DNA from: Mesotaenium endlicherianum
Lineage: Eukaryota
Direction of reading: 5' to 3'
Assembly (NCBI GenBank): GCA_009602735.1
Contig: WELA01003365.1
Location: 133,384 to 197,383, forward strand
Length of the DNA: 64,000 nucleotides
The position numbers and the translations under genes were made by a program. Position 1 is the stretch's first letter; every line of letters starts with the position of its first letter. This document shows positions 1 through 14,200 of the stretch, in pieces. Under the pieces are notes generated by a model. The model made no database searches. It had not been told where the DNA came from and worked only from the letters and a program-made list of their open reading frames with translations.

Positions 1-895
1 AGGGGGGCCGGGGGGGGGGGTGAAGGAGTGAGTTGCACCACTTGTGGTGTTGGAAGGCACCGGGGGACGCGGCAATAAGAGAACGGAGGGGAGGGGAGGG
101 GAGGGGAGCCATCACGCCTCTTGGGGTGTGCGGGCCAAACCTGGAGCCACGCTCGTCGAAGCCTGGGGAGGGCCGCCGCCGCCCGGGGCCCCCTCATGCC
201 GTGGCTCCTCATCCTTCACCAGCACCAGGTCCCCCTCAACGACACTTGTCGAACCTGCACAAGGCGGCATGCCAGGGCCCGCAAAGGATCACGTATTTTG
301 GTCATTGTTCTTTTCTCCCTTTTCCCGCTCTTGCACCAGGCCCCGCGCCAAAGTGCCCCCCGAGGAAGGAGCAGTTTTCCAGCAGTCAGGCACCGTGCTC
401 TCAGGTCTCAGGCCTCAGCGTCTCAGGCCCCATGCTCGAAGCCCTCTGCACCTCAGCAACCTCCTCTGCCAACTGGACCTGTCAGGCCTGCCTAAGTCGC
501 TTTCGCGTGAAGGCTCGCTGATCTCGTTTTTCATGTTCAGGATTTCTGATGACTCTGACCGGCAGAGGTGGGCGTTGTGATGTCCCGCGGGCAGTTGTCA
601 GGCCTGCCAGGGCCCCTCAGAACCGTATGCGGGCGTCCTTCTCAACAGGACGCACAACCCGTGTGGGATACGATGGGCAGATCGAGTGAGAGAGGCAGAA
701 GCCAGGGAGGAGAGAGGGCACCCGATGTGGCGCGGCGCCAGGTGGGGTGAGCTGGCAGAGGGGGAGGAGGAGGGAGGGAGCGGGGGAGGGAGGGCGGTGG
801 GGACTGGGCGTCAGCCCTCCAGCTGGCAGAGAGAGAGGAGGGAGGGAGGAAGGGAGGGAGGGAGAGAGGCAGGGCCCGGAGAGCCAGCTGCTCAC

Positions 896-3566
896 CATAC
901 TTGCGGATGCGGTGGCTGGCGGCGTGGTTCCACAGGTAGCTCTGGTAGCTGTGCACGTACCTGCGCCCGCCCCCTCGCTTCCACGACCCCCGCACATGAG
1001 ATTTCGTTAAAGCGAGCGGATGTGACAATGAGAGAGAAAACATACTTGGCAAATGTCTTATATAGCACCCATAGCGTCTTAGTGAGAGAGTCACATGCAG
1101 CTCCTCCTAAGTTGGAAACACGCATGCATCACTTGTAGGAGCGTTGCATGCTTCAGCAAGGGGTGAGGCCATAGGGAGGTAGGCAATGAGAGTGTGAGTC
1201 TGAAAAAAGTCATATGCACTTGATAAAAGGGGCAACGTGCACTTCATCAGCGAGAAAGTCACATCACACGCCGCAGGAGGAGCAGGCAGACGGATTGGCC
1301 GGCAGATTCTGGGTCTCAGGCAGCCAGGTCAGCGTCCGGCAGTCGCGGGGAAACCACAGCTGCCAGCCACGTGCAGCTGCCAGGTGGAGTGCTGCGCTAT
1401 CTGGCCCTAAGGCCAGATTGAGTGGTTCCATGGGCAGCACGCGGGCAGGCGGCAACAGCAGAAGGGGGAGGGAGGGGGAGGGAGGGAAGGGTGCGCTCAC
1501 AGCATGCGCATGGTGCGGGGAATGCGAGCCAGCGCCCCCACCAGGCTGCTGGGGTTTGCCGACAGCCCCATGAGCTGCACCACCCCCCATTTGGAAAAAG
1601 ATGCTACTTTTCAAGGCATAAATACTTAGTGACAAATAAGATGAAGCTCCCCTTGAAGGAGCCTGTGCACGATGGTCTCACACATAGAGACAAGCACGTA
1701 GGATCCCGGAAAACTCTAAACCGCCACCTGTCCGCTCCCACCATGGGGCCGCTGGGACATCTGGGAGAGAACAAACTTCCTTCCCTCCCTCGGCCTCCTA
1801 CTTTAACAAAGCACGCGAGCGACGATGTGCAAATTGCCCCTGAGGAATACAGAGCGTCACCTCCGCCTATCGCCCGCAGCTCTCGCACGGCTGCATGCGG
1901 CGAGGCTGCCCGCCGTGGGGGCTGCCAAACGGGAAGGCTAGCGCGGGAGCTGCTAGAAACGGGCCAATCGCACGGGTTCTGTGTGTCCACCACGCCTGAG
2001 ATACGACAAGAAGACGTGCAGAGGGCCCTTCTTGCGCGCTTGCTCCTCTTATGCAGGGCAGGGGGGGCTGCATTCATCCAACTCGCTCGAGGGTCGTGAG
2101 GCAAACAGGCAGCAGAGGGGTGAAACTTTGGGGCAGGGAGGGGGGGGGGGGACAGGTGGTACGCACGATGGAGCGCTCGGCCACCAGGAAGTTGGGCATG
2201 CGGGCGAGCGCCAGGTTGGGGTCGGCCGTGTCGCGCCACAGCTGGCGCGCCTCGGCGACATCTGGCGCCTGTGATCCTTTTCTGGTCAAGGCCTTCTCCC
2301 CCATCCCCAGCGGTGCAGCAGCGTGCCATCTTAATATGCCACATACTCAGCTCTTTATGCCACATACAAACCATCTCTTCTCTCTGTCCCCCTCTCACTC
2401 ACCCCGTCCCTCGATGTGCTTGTGTGTGCACACGGGCGCAACGAGAGAGAGCCACGCCAGGTTGCAGCCAGGCCCTCTCCATGTCGCAAGAATGAACCTC
2501 CCCGAACCAGACCTTCTCCAGAATTACACCACCTCTCTCCCTTTTTTCCTCCCTGCCTCCCCCCCCGCCTTTTCCCTGCTCTCCCCCTCTCCGCCTGTCC
2601 CCCTCCACACCTGACACTTGGCAGCAAGCCCCTCATCCTGCACCAGCTATGCAACCAAGACTCTCAACCCGCACAAAACCCCAAACCCCGCCCTTCAGTC
2701 CCGCACTTCCCCAGGGGCACCCTTGCTCAGAAAAGCAATTCGACCCCCTGATACTCCCTCCCCGTCCCCGCTTTGAGGCGGGCTCAGGCCAGCGCCCGTC
2801 ACACGACTGGGCTTACCATACAACGGCGCAACAGAGTGGCTGGACAGCAGGGCCTGAGACTTCGGTTCTTGTCGTCTGCAGGTGGCACCGCAGTGAGTGC
2901 GCATGGAAAGAGGAGAGGAGAGGAGGGGAAGATGAGGAGGAGGATGCGACGGCGGCGGAGGAGGAGGAGGAGGATATCTCCCTCGCGGGGGCTGAGGATG
3001 AGGTTGATGGCGGCCTGCCACTTGCCGCGCAGCAGGCACTTGCCCACCTCGTGGGTGCCCACGTTCCCGCTCCCAAACCTCTGCAGCCACAGGTCCGCAG
3101 TCCCCCCCAGGATCAGCCTTGCTCACACCACTGCCGCCGCCTCTTTGGTCAGGGGGGACGAAATGGCCCACAGCTTTTCCTGAAGGAATTCTCCCCAACT
3201 GGGAGGAGAAACGGTACTCTATCCTTTGAGCACCTCCCCAGCAACATGAAAAAATTCAAAGACCAGCAGTGCTTCCCCAGGACGCCTCCGCCTCTCTGTA
3301 TGCCTTTTCCCTTTCTCACTCTTTCTCTCTCTGGCGGCGTCCCAGACAAGGCAGAGGGAGGCCGCTGCTGGAGCGCCACCCTCAGCTCCCTCAGCGACGA
3401 CGAGAGGCAGAAGCAAGAAAGAGAGGGAGGCGGAGAGGGAGAAAGCAGGATAGAGGGGACTCGCACCTGCAAGCCGAAGTAATTGATGAAGCCGCTGGCT
3501 TTGAGCCCCTCGGCCGCCTGCGCTATTACGCTCTCGCTGGGAGCCTCCACGCCCCTGCTCTCGGCC

Positions 3567-3660
<94 letters not shown>

Positions 3661-6600
3661 NCCCCGTTCTCTGAGAATTGCAGCTGTGCAGCTGGTGCGG
3701 GCGGGTGGAGCAGAGGAAGAGAAGGGAGGGCCTGCCAGAGGGGCCAGCATTGCTTTCTGTAAAGCACTGGCCATCTCTGAGCCAGGCAACGGGCACCAGG
3801 CGCCAGGTGGCAGGTGCCAGTGCCAAGTTTCCAGGCGATGCAGTGCCAGGTGGCAGGTGCCAGGTGCGAGGTGTATAGAAAGTGAAGCGAACTGGATGCC
3901 CCCCTTTGCTCTCTCCATGCGTCCGCCGTGAGGGAGGGAGCCCCGCGCATGTCGTTGCCAGGGTCCAACAGTGACGCACAGGTGTACTGCAGATTGCAAG
4001 CGTTCCCATCATATTAAAGGGGTCACAGAGCATGGGGCAATGACCCTTTTGAATTCAGGGGCCGAATTGCGATACTTATCCGATTGCGCAAGTGATCAAT
4101 GTTCTTAAAAGTCAGTTTACGGTGGCCAAATTAATCCTGCATATGTGACCATCTTGGTGAGCATCATTGTACTTGCAGGTGCAGGGGCCCTTGAGTCATG
4201 GAGTGACGCCAGACAGGTAGATTGACAGCGGTATTTCCCACCTTTTCATGATCAGAAAGAGCGATTTTCAGCCTTTGACTATAAAAAGAGTCTTCATCAG
4301 ACCTGTACAAGGTCAACTGAGTTCTTGTGAAGTAATGGGAGCCCCGCGACAACTTTTATAGAGGCACAAAGTAAACACTTCAATGAATGCGACATGCCAC
4401 AGGCCAAGCAGGAAGGAAATCCATATCGCGCGAGAGCGTTAGGGCCATGTGACACCATATCAAACCGTAAAGTTGTCCGGCCCTTAAGTCCATTTTCACT
4501 ACTCGCAGTTGCAATTGAATATTCGCGGTTGCGATTGAATACTGTACAGCTCAATCGCAGGGTCCAACAGATTAGCTGCACGTTTCACAGTCGAACTGCA
4601 AAAAACAGTATTGCAAGATGGGCGGGGTTGCAACTGTTTGCCTCTGGCTGTCGTGGACTGGCCCTTGGCCCCAGGCGTCGCAAGGAAAATCAGTGAAACG
4701 GAAATTTTTGTGGTCCGACTGCGAGCTGGGGGAAGAAGGTCATCGTTTTGGAGAAAAATCGCGGCAGTTGGCACCCATGTCACAGAGGGCCAGCGGGGAG
4801 CTGCCACGTGGCGGCGCACCTGAGCGTGATCACAAAGTGGTTGCCGCCCAGCTGGCCGAGCACCAAATTTTCGTCAACGTACCTGGCAGCACCCGTCGGC
4901 AGAGAACCCAAGTCGGGTTAGCAATTAGCAGAAAATAGAAGCACTGGTGAAGATGAGGGCCATGCATGTCCACACACACCCATGCACGCACAAGCCCCCA
5001 ATAAGCGGCATACAAGCTCCCATGGGACTCCTGGTGCAAGGGCCCGTGCCAAGCCGAGCCAGTGACGCGCCGGAGAGGAAGCCCACGGAAGGCGCGTGAG
5101 CAAGAGAGAGCGAGAGAGGGACAGGGGATAGAGGGGGGGGCAGAGGTTAGGGAGAAAGAGTGGTGAGGGAGACGCGCACTGACTGGACACACACGCACAA
5201 ACGCAGAGAGGGAGAGAGAGGGAGAGGAAGACATGCTCCAGACGACTGCACCAAGCCCCTCCTTGGCAGGGCCTTCTGATTCGCCTGGACCGACACTGCA
5301 GGACTGATGCAGATAGGCTTACACTAGTACCAAAAATTTGGGGTGTAAAGCGTCGATTTGCACGCCAGGTTCACGGTTCTTGCAAGTTGGGCAGCCAGAG
5401 CCACGTGTGTGCGCTTCCCGTATCTTTATAGGCAAGGTCACATCTTCTGAAGAAACCCTAAACTGTCTGAGGATGGCAAAGCAGAACTATGTCTTTTCCA
5501 CCCCTCCAGAGGTGGAAGCAGCAAGGGATGTGCGGACAGTTCAATCCAACCACTCCAACTGGGGCACGCTCACGAGCTCGTGCGCTTGTGCGTGCGTCTG
5601 GGTGTACGTGTGTGTGCAGGTGTGTGTGCGGGTGTGGGTGTGGGTATGGGTGTGGGTGCATGCGCATGTGTGCCTATGTGGCCGTGTGCAAGAGCGCACA
5701 GGCGCATGGGTGCGCAGATATGGCTGGCGAGGAGATGTCAGACGTCAAGCAAGAGGGCGCCGCTGCTGCTGCTGCTGCTAGTGCGGAGCACGCACTTAAA
5801 GTCGCCGACCTTGACGCCGTAGAGCCGCTTGTTAAGGCCCGCCAGCCTCTCTGCCGTCTGCCTGAAAACCGTCACCTGCACTTCCCGCCATCCCCACCCA
5901 TCGCCCCCAGCCCCAGCCCCAGCCTCACCTAAGAGGTCAGGCAGAGCCCACGCTGCCTCCAGGCCTCGGCCATAGCCTCCTCACTGGAGGCAGGCAGAGC
6001 GCGCCTGTCCCCGAGTCCAAGCTCTGCTGCTGCTTCGGCAGGACCCTGCCCCGAGCCTGCCCCGAGCCTGGGCTCTGCCTGGCACACACATGTGCGTCTG
6101 CGTAGGCGCGGACAGCTGGAGGCTGGAGCTGAGCCCCCACTCGTGTGACTTACAGGGGTCTAGGCCCTAGGGGGTGCTGATGGCTCCTGGAGCACGAGAC
6201 AATGGGAGCAGCGACGGGAGCAGGGCGCACCCTGGCTTGCTGTTGGATATACCACGCTGTACAGTGAGAGGACAGGGGTAGGGTAGGTCGATGCCTGCTA
6301 GCTGCGCGGGAGCCCGTGCCAGCCGGCGCCTTCCATTTCTGTGCGCTGACTTTTTCTGCGCAAGCTCCAGTGAGAGCACTGGTGTCTGAAGCCGCCTCTC
6401 TCCAGCATGCTACGACAGAGAGGCATAACCAGCTGACAGCAGCCGGACACGCAATGCAGACAGAGCCACGGGAAGAGAAAGAGAGGAGGGGGGCCGGAGG
6501 AGAAGCTGTAGCTTGCCTGCTGAACGGTGACGGCGCGCTTGTCCTTGGTGCCAGCGAATCCAAACGACTTGGACTGAGCCCGCGCGCACACACACACACA

Positions 6601-9600
6601 CACACGCACACACACACACATACACACGCACGCACATGTATCAGCACTCAGAAAGCAATGTTGGGAACCTGCATCGCACACAAGCGTCATGACGAGCCAT
6701 GTGGCAGGGTCCTGATCCACAGAGCTCCAGCACAGCGCTCTGCATAGACTTTCAGAAGGCCATGGGGTTGACCACAGGGACATGCGAGAGAAGCGCCACC
6801 AGGTTCCAGTAAGCTCGTTTCTGCCCAGCACAGCTGGCCCTCTCGGCCGCGCTTTTGGTTGCACAAGCCAGGCGGGATCACGACATGGCAAGCAAAGGCA
6901 CAGTGCCCAGACCCTGGAGCTCAGCCGTGCTCAGCGCAGGGGATCCTGTGCCGCGCGTATTTTATTTCACAGGCAGGGCATGAGCATAGCATGACCTCTG
7001 GGGGCCAGCTATCTGACGGTCAGCCTCCGCTCCCATCCCAGCCTCAGCTGCAGGGCCGGGTCGTGACGGCTCCCTATCTGACTCTAGAAGGCACACCAGA
7101 TGGAATGGATGGGAATCCGGCAGAAGGAGAGAGGCTCGTCGCCTCAGTACGCAAGCGAGTGCTTTGAGTATCATCAAGCACGTGAAGCTAACACGAACGT
7201 GCGCAGCCTCGTCAACGCGACTAGTTGCACGGCAGGTGTGCGGGATGTGATCGGGCCGCTGGCAGGAGGTACCTGCAAGTTGAGGGCTCTCCCGATGACG
7301 TTGAGGGCGTCCTGCGTGTCCTTGTTCTCCTTATACATGTGGAACCTGCGCGCACGCCCCGCCAGGGGAGGGAGAGGGGCATGGGAGTTACTGGCAGCAG
7401 CAGCAGCGGCAGCCTGATCTAGACTGCCGAAGCTCAGCTGCAGGCCAGCGTTGCCAATTGGCGGCGGAACAGAGAGTGGCGTCAATATGGCACCGGATGT
7501 CTCGCCACGTGTCCATAGATTAAGCCACGGCCTTGGGAGTCCTCCAGCTGGCATGCTGACCTTTGACTGAACTTGCTACCAGGCACCACACTGAGAGCAG
7601 ACAGGCAAGGCAGCACAGGCAGCGCCCCGAAGACAGCCAGCCACAGCACTGCCGCAGATGTCCCCTCCTTCTTGCAACGCACTCCTGAACCCACAGGCTC
7701 GCACACATGCACAAGATGCTCACAGACGTTCCAACACACACACACACACACATACACATGGAGAAGGGCTGCGTGGGGCTGAGGGCGGGAGGGGAGGCGA
7801 CCGGGAGGAAGGGGAGAAGAGCCTCGACGAACTCACTGGAGAAATTTGCCCCTATCTGCGGGCCAGGAGCTGGGGGCCCGCCACTCCCCGGCGCCCCCTC
7901 CGTCCCTCCCGCGCTTCTGGCCCTTCCCCGCGCGGTTGTCGCGCCGGTTGGCCCCCCCGCCCCCGCCCCTGCCCTGGCCCGTGATGTGCGGGTAGAAGCG
8001 CAGCCGAATGCACTTCTCCCCAAAGGGGCCCTCGTCCACCGTGTCCGACACCAGGAAGGGCGCGTGCGCCTTGAAGAAGTTGTGCGTGGCCTGCCGCCGG
8101 GATGGGACGTGCGTTTCGCCGTGTCGCCGGCAGCGCGGCCCGTCCCGCCCAGGAGCCAGGAGGCAACCGAATTCGAGCAAGCACGCGCACTTCAGTGCTC
8201 AGCCCGGCTGCAGAGAGGACCATCCCTCGGCAATCCCCCGTCCCTCAGTCCCCCCCCNACCCCCCTTCTGGAGTCAGTTGAGACTTATAAACCCATCAAG
8301 TGAACATAGTGAGCTTTGCGAAGAGACAGGTGGGAAATAACGATCCGTTTGCCCGCAGGGGCCAGCGCTGAAGAGCGGAGGCTCCCGAGCTGCTTCCTCC
8401 TGTTGCCAGGTGGAGGTCCCATCGAGCCTAGCCCATGAGGAACCTTTCGAGCCTGCGGGTCCGGCCTTGGAGACCAGGGCTCTGGGCTTAAGGGCCAGGA
8501 TTTAAGGGTCAGGGCTCAAGAGTCAGGGCCTAAGGGTCAGGATTTACAATTTGGGTTTAAGGGTTGGGGTTTACGGGTCAGAATCGAAGGGTTCGGGTTT
8601 GAAGGCTGGGGTCCCAGGGTGGAGGTTCCAGCTCGAGTAGGTACAGGCAGCGGGCGTGGGCAGGCTTCCCACCTTCTCATCCACAGCCAAGGTTGCGGAA
8701 GAAGACGGCTCTTACTATGTCCAGCCGAGTGTGCGCCTTCAAGCAGATTGAGCGACGAGAGCAATCAGTGCTCACTCCTCAGAGCTTCACCTTCTAAGGA
8801 ATCCGCGTGGTCAGGGAGCGTCACCCTTTTGCAGCAGGCTGCCACGTGGCGCGGACGGTATGCCAACCAAGAAGAGGGAAGCTGACTGCCTGCTGACCCA
8901 GCCAGAAGTTTACTGTCTTTGTCTTTTCTATATTTTCTGAATCTTCAGAATGTGATGCAGTCCCGCCAGTGCCCCAGTCAGGCCAAGAGGGCAAGAGGGC
9001 AGGAGGGCCAGAGGGCAAGAGGGGAGCTCATGAAGGGGCGAGAGGGGGAGCGCCACTAACCGCACGATGCACTTTATCAGTGTCCGGCTCGAGCAGCAGC
9101 GGCTTCAGACTCTCGCCCTCTCCCCTCCCCACCTGCTCCAGGAACGCCCTCACCTTCGCAACCTCGCCCTCGCTGGCCAGCTTCGAGAACTCTGCCATGG
9201 CTGCCGCGAGCAGGGCCTCGTTGGCGGAGGGCGAGGCACTCTGCTCCTCGGAGGATGGCTCAGCAGGGACCTCGCCCTTGCGCGCTCTTCCGAAGTCGGG
9301 TGGCAGAAGAGACGCCACCTGGTCCTCTGCAGCTGCCATTGGCTGCGGAGCACGCACTCGCACACGCACACAATGGAAAGTGCACACACACCGACGAGTG
9401 CGCACTCATGACAGGAACGTGCAAACCGTGTAAGCTCCATGTTGAGTACTTCTCAGATTCTTGAACAACCCCCTTAAGGTGCCAGCTCATCTCCGTGGCC
9501 TACTTTGCAGAGCTCAAGAACATACTGCGTTTGCCTCGGCCTCAACAGCACGCAGCAGTGCCTTCCACAATGCTTCACGACAGAGACCCGTTGTCAGCTA

Positions 9601-10638
9601 TCAATGACTAGCTGCTGACTAGCTGCTGACTGCCAGCTGGCCTGACCAGGGCACTTGCACGTGCTATATACGAAGAATAGACCCCACAAAAGAAGCATGC
9701 TGAAATGGTTCCGCGGCTGTTGTCCCCCACCAAAGAGAACCCAAGATAGTGTTGTGGAAGATGCCGAGTCTGTCTCGTGTTGTAGCTTCTCATTTTCAGA
9801 GCATATATGTATATATATATAAACACATATACATATATACAGTCGTCCCAGCCACCAGCAAGCAGTTTCAGAGCAATGCAGAGGTCTTAAAAAGATGGAT
9901 GACCTGGGGGGGAGGCTTTAAGGTGGTGAGGTGGACAATATTGCCGTCGCGATCCACCTCATTGACGAGAAAATCTGTGAACCTGCACCCGATTCTTTGA
10001 GTTTTAGAGTAAGTGTGAAGGCATGGACTCTCGCTAGGAGCCACCCTTCTTCAGATTTGAAAGCCAGGCTCCAGCCGTATACTGAGCGAGTAAGAAACTT
10101 ATCTCCTGGAAAGCAATAAGTAATTACCTCGTTTAAGCTTGTATTGGCCTCATAACTAGGCCTTCCTCCAAAAGAGGTCACAATTTCAAGCTCTAGCCCA
10201 CTCAGACACACTCGCAAACTGAGCTGATGTATGCTTGCCATACCTTTGTTTCAGTACCCCGCGGAAACCTGGGTGATCATTAGTGTTGCAACTGATCCCG
10301 ACTGCCTCTTCAGTTGCCATTCGTTCTATCTCCTCACTCTGAACGATAGCACTTTGCGTGATGCAGGCCTGTGCACGTGGTCGTACAAGACGTTTTCGCG
10401 CCAGTAGTGACAACTTCGACTCGTCAGCGAAGAGTCGACTGGAAGAACTTAACCTTTGAGAATGTGCCAAGTATGAAACCTTCTGCTGAACAACTAAATT
10501 GGCTCTAAAAGCTTTCTCTCGGAAGATAAGCCTGCTTGGAGACAGGACTAGCCGTGGAGAAGCTAAGCCTTTTGTTCTGGACTTTGAGCCATGGGTGGAA
10601 ACTGTGAGGTAAGAGAAGTTGTGAGCTAAGCTACTCAT
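896..10638 (-). CDS. PUS7: TruD/PUS7-family multisubstrate pseudouridine synthase; multi-exon, 3' end not resolved and probably outside the window
   Basis: Exons with family motifs: 10320-10244 (MATEEAVGISC..GFRGVLKQR), ~9988-9904 (FTDFLVNEVD), ~9340-9060, ~8110-7840 (HNFFK..W..DRGKFL), ~7345-7273 (FHMYKENKDTQDAL), ~6577-6518 (FGFAGTKDKRAVTVQ, catalytic Asp), ~5876-5798, ~4882-4820 (LGQLGGNHFVITLR), ~3554-3467 (GFINYFGLQ), 3080-2978 (RFGSGNVGTHEVG), 2270-2167, 960-896 (YVHSYQSYLWNHAAS). In-frame upstream ATG at 10638. At least one exon between 2167 and 960 was not located. Confidence 0.93.
2271..2977 (-). other. U12-type (minor spliceosome) AT-AC intron in PUS7
   Basis: Minus strand: donor |ATATCCTC at 2977, branch site CCTTGAC at 2291-2285, acceptor AC| at 2271. 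Splicing gives in-frame SPREG-E-APDVAEAR. Confidence 0.88.
3569..3665. repeat. poly-C/poly-G tract in a PUS7 intron
   Basis: About 95 consecutive C containing one N; length probably unreliable. Confidence 0.8.
8480..8620 (+). repeat. degenerate 7-mer, telomere-like (TTTAGGG-like) intronic repeat
   Basis: Units such as ttaaggg, tcaggg, tttaaggg, tttacggg, ttcggg in tandem. Confidence 0.5.
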
Positions 10639-10704
10639 CAGGCCACCTCTCAGATGATGCTTTAAGAGCACGAGCTCATTCGACACAAGGGACATACAAT
10701 GCAC

Positions 10705-11294
10705 TTAAGTATGGTGCTTATTGGGCTGCTCGTGCTTCATATAAGCTACATGCGGGACTGATGCAGAGGGGGTTGGACTCCAGCACCCTTGTTTTTCTGT
10801 TTGGATTTGATCCACGAGTGACGAGGTTCATATTCGTACTCGAGAAAGGGGAATTTATATCCGCCCTTTTCGTGGCCAACGCAGCCCAAATGCGGACTAT
10901 ACCATATATTCTTATTAATTCTACGACAAACTCCGAATCTCCGCTGCTAAATGAACAAATCCTGAGAAAACAATTAATCTTTTTCCGTCATGCTATTTCA
11001 TCTTGGCCAGTCACCGGAATATATGCGGTGGAAGGAACAGTTGACTTCAAAAATAAAAAAATGCACATTAGGAGAAACTTGGCTGTCAGTGCAGTTTCTC
11101 AACGAAGCATACAGCAGCTCTTAATCTCATTATATTATATTGCTTATTTCAAGGAAGGATGAATATGTAACGTCTTACGGGTTTCCGTTCCACCATTTGT
11201 GAGGCCGCAGATTTTCTCGAGTTTCGAGTTAACAACTGAAGGTCACAATTACGTGTATAAGCGTCTAGTTAATCTGGTCATTTTTACTTCTGCG
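10705..11294. promoter_or_regulatory. probable bidirectional promoter between PUS7 and the FYVE-ankyrin gene
   Basis: About 0.6 kb, relatively AT-rich, between two head-to-head start codons; site II-like TGGGCT/AGCCCA motifs present. Confidence 0.5.
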
Positions 11295-14200
11295 ATGGCT
11301 ACTATAGTGGATCCCCCGCCATTCGAAGAGGCCATGAATTGTTACATTTGTGGCTCCACTTTCAGCACCTTCAAGAGGAGAGTAAGCATTCTAAGTTGCT
11401 GGCCTTAAAAGCTTCTCCTATTGACTGCTTGATTGAGTTAGGGGACGGCAATGTGACTCGGAAAGAAATGGCTTCACGTCAGTACTTGATAGGAGATGGA
11501 CAATTTCATGGGCACGGGCCCTTCACTCGACTGACGAGTTGCAAAGTTGCGTTCTGATATGTTGATGTTGTTGATATGTCAGCACCATTGCCGCTGTTGT
11601 GGACGAACTGTCTGTGCTGAACACTCCGCTAGCACCAAGGTACTCCCAGCACCGACCTACAACTCGGCTCTACGCATGTGCATGTGCATGAACAGATAGA
11701 TACGCCTGCACGCACCTGCATAAACAAATGCACATAACTACATGTGCATCTTCAAAGAACCTGTGGTTGTACACGATACGTCCATAAACCGTGTGTGTTG
11801 AAGGGGGAAAACGTATACAACAGGAAATATGAAACTAGGATTGCACATCAAGAAGCTTCTTAAGCCCCCCTGGTTTTCCCAACGCACTGCTTCAGCAGCT
11901 TCACTCACGGAAAGGATCCCTTCTTGATGCAGCTCATCATCATGCACACACTTGTCAGCTAGGCCAGACTGTTTTCGAAAGGACCCTCTAGCGAAAGTAC
12001 ATCCACTCCTGGGTACGCCTGCCGAAATTTCTTCACGCAATAGGGTGGCCTCTCTCCGTACCAAATAAACAAATTAGGCAAAAGTGCGAATACTCAGACA
12101 CTTGGTCAAGGGGCTCCTCTTCCCCCTCCCCCTTGCTTTGCTTCTGGGCCAAAGGAGCTTCGAAAAGTACTCCAAGGAACACGAATTATTCGAGTGAGTT
12201 TGCGTAACTTGAGAAGTTATTTGAGGTCTTCTTGACGACACGCCCCTCTGGTGCCTGTTCAGACACTCCCCCAGTTTGGGCTCAACTTCCTCGTGCGCGT
12301 CTGCGACGAATGCCACAAGGCCCCCGCCCCGTGAGTCCGAATCTCGCTCGAACCCCTCCGCGTCGTTTCTTCACTGCAATAGTTCGCTGCACTTGAAGGA
12401 GGCCGCCCCAGCATCTCTGGCAAGCCCGTCGAGCATCTCGCACCAGACTCAGCCAGTCTCCCCGAAGCTGTCGATGTGTTTCCTCACACGACAGCCGTGA
12501 AAGGCGGGAGCCACACGACCAGCCTACCTGCACATCGCCAGCTGGTATCTGCACTAGCTGTGCACTAGCTGTGCAGTCGTGTTGTGCGCGCAGTCAGAAA
12601 GCACATGCATGCATCTCATCCACATGCATGAATGTGGTCGTACCAAGGGACCTAGATGCCTTGCCTGCTCTACTCCGCAAGTCCGCAGTCCCACATGGCT
12701 CCTGCCCACGCCTCAGTATCTGCCCCATTGATGTCCATATGCCCCACTGGACTGTATCCGCCCCGTTGGACCGTGATATTCATCTGCCCCAGCAACATTT
12801 TTCTGCCCCATTGGTACTTATGCGCCCCATTATTTGTGTTTCACATTCCCAATCATACATTGTTTTTGCGGGCGAGCAGAGTCCCTGCAGCAGAGCCGCC
12901 AGCGGGGCACAATAGAGACAGCCCTAAGCCCAGGGGTGGTCCCGCCACCTCAGCCACGCCTTCTTCCAGCAAGGCAGAGCCGGAGGACGAGGAGGAGGAG
13001 GAGGAGGAGGAGCAGCAGCAGCAGAAGGCCGCCAGGCGTGGTCCTCTGCAGGTGGTGCAGCCAGCTGTGCCAGCCTTCGACTGCACGTGTGGCATGCCCC
13101 TGTGCATCTGCGAGGCCCCCGCTGCTCCCCCCCCGCCTGCACCCCAGGTCTGCGACTCTCAAATCCCTCCCTCCCCACACTTGCCAGCAGTCTATACTCC
13201 CCAGCAGCAGTGCAAAGTGGCTGCCTCTGCGCTCCGCACCCGCCAGTGAGCTGTGACTCTCAAGGTAGCGGCAGCGCTCGCTCCCACTGCTTGCCGGCTG
13301 GACTGTCTCCCGCAGCACGGGGGGCTGCTCTGCTTCCGCGCTTGTCAGCTGCTCTGCGGCTGCTCTCTCGGATGCTCTTCTCAGAAAGCGGCAGCTCGTG
13401 GCAAAACGGCGTGCACGCGGGCCTGCTCGGTTGCACGCCCACGCAGCTCAGAATGAACGAGACTGATTGCGACACACCCCTAGCTGAATTAGATAATCAC
13501 CCACCGGAGATAGGCGTCATCGGGTCCTATTGTGTGCCCACCCACGCTCGGCTCCCTGCAGGCTGTGGCTGCAGGTGTGGCGTCGGCTCCAGCAGCAGCG
13601 TCTGCCTCGCTGGCGCCCAAGCGAGCAGCTCCCGTAGCCGCAGCTGCGGCAGCAAGGCCTGCAGCAGTGACTAGGACAGCTCCCCCCGCAGGAGGCCCCT
13701 CGGGCATGCCCAGGTATGGGCCGCCAGCGAGCCTGTGCCCTTGCTGTGTGTGCGCTCTCTCTCTCTCCGCTTCTTCTTCTACCACAGCTGTGGACGTTCC
13801 CTTCTTGCCTCTTGTGCTGTTCCTTCTTGCCTCACTTCTTGCCCCCTTTTTTTCCCCTCAACTTTCCCCTCTACCCCCACCCCCACCCACCCGCCCTGCC
13901 CCTGCCCCCGCCCNNNNNNNNNNNNNNNNNNNNNNNNNNNNNNNNNNNNNNNNNNNNNNNNNNNNNNNNNNNNNNNNNNNNNNNNNNNNNNNNNNNNNNN
14001 NNNNNNNNNNNNNNNNNNNNNNNNNNNNNNNNNNNNNNNNNNNNNNNNNNNNNNNNNNNNNNNNNNNNNNNNNNNNNNNNNNNNNNNNNNNNNNNNNNNN
14101 NNNNNNNNNNNNNNNNNNNNNNNNNNNNNNNNNNNNNNNNNNNNNNNNNNNNNNNNNNNNNNNNNNNNNNNNNNNNNNNNNNNNNNNNNNNNNNNNNNNN

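Noticed and set aside
33..9490. Dozens of 60-290 aa ORFs on both strands in the GC-rich left arm
   Set aside because: Products of GC-rich introns and microsatellites; only short segments match PUS7 exons.
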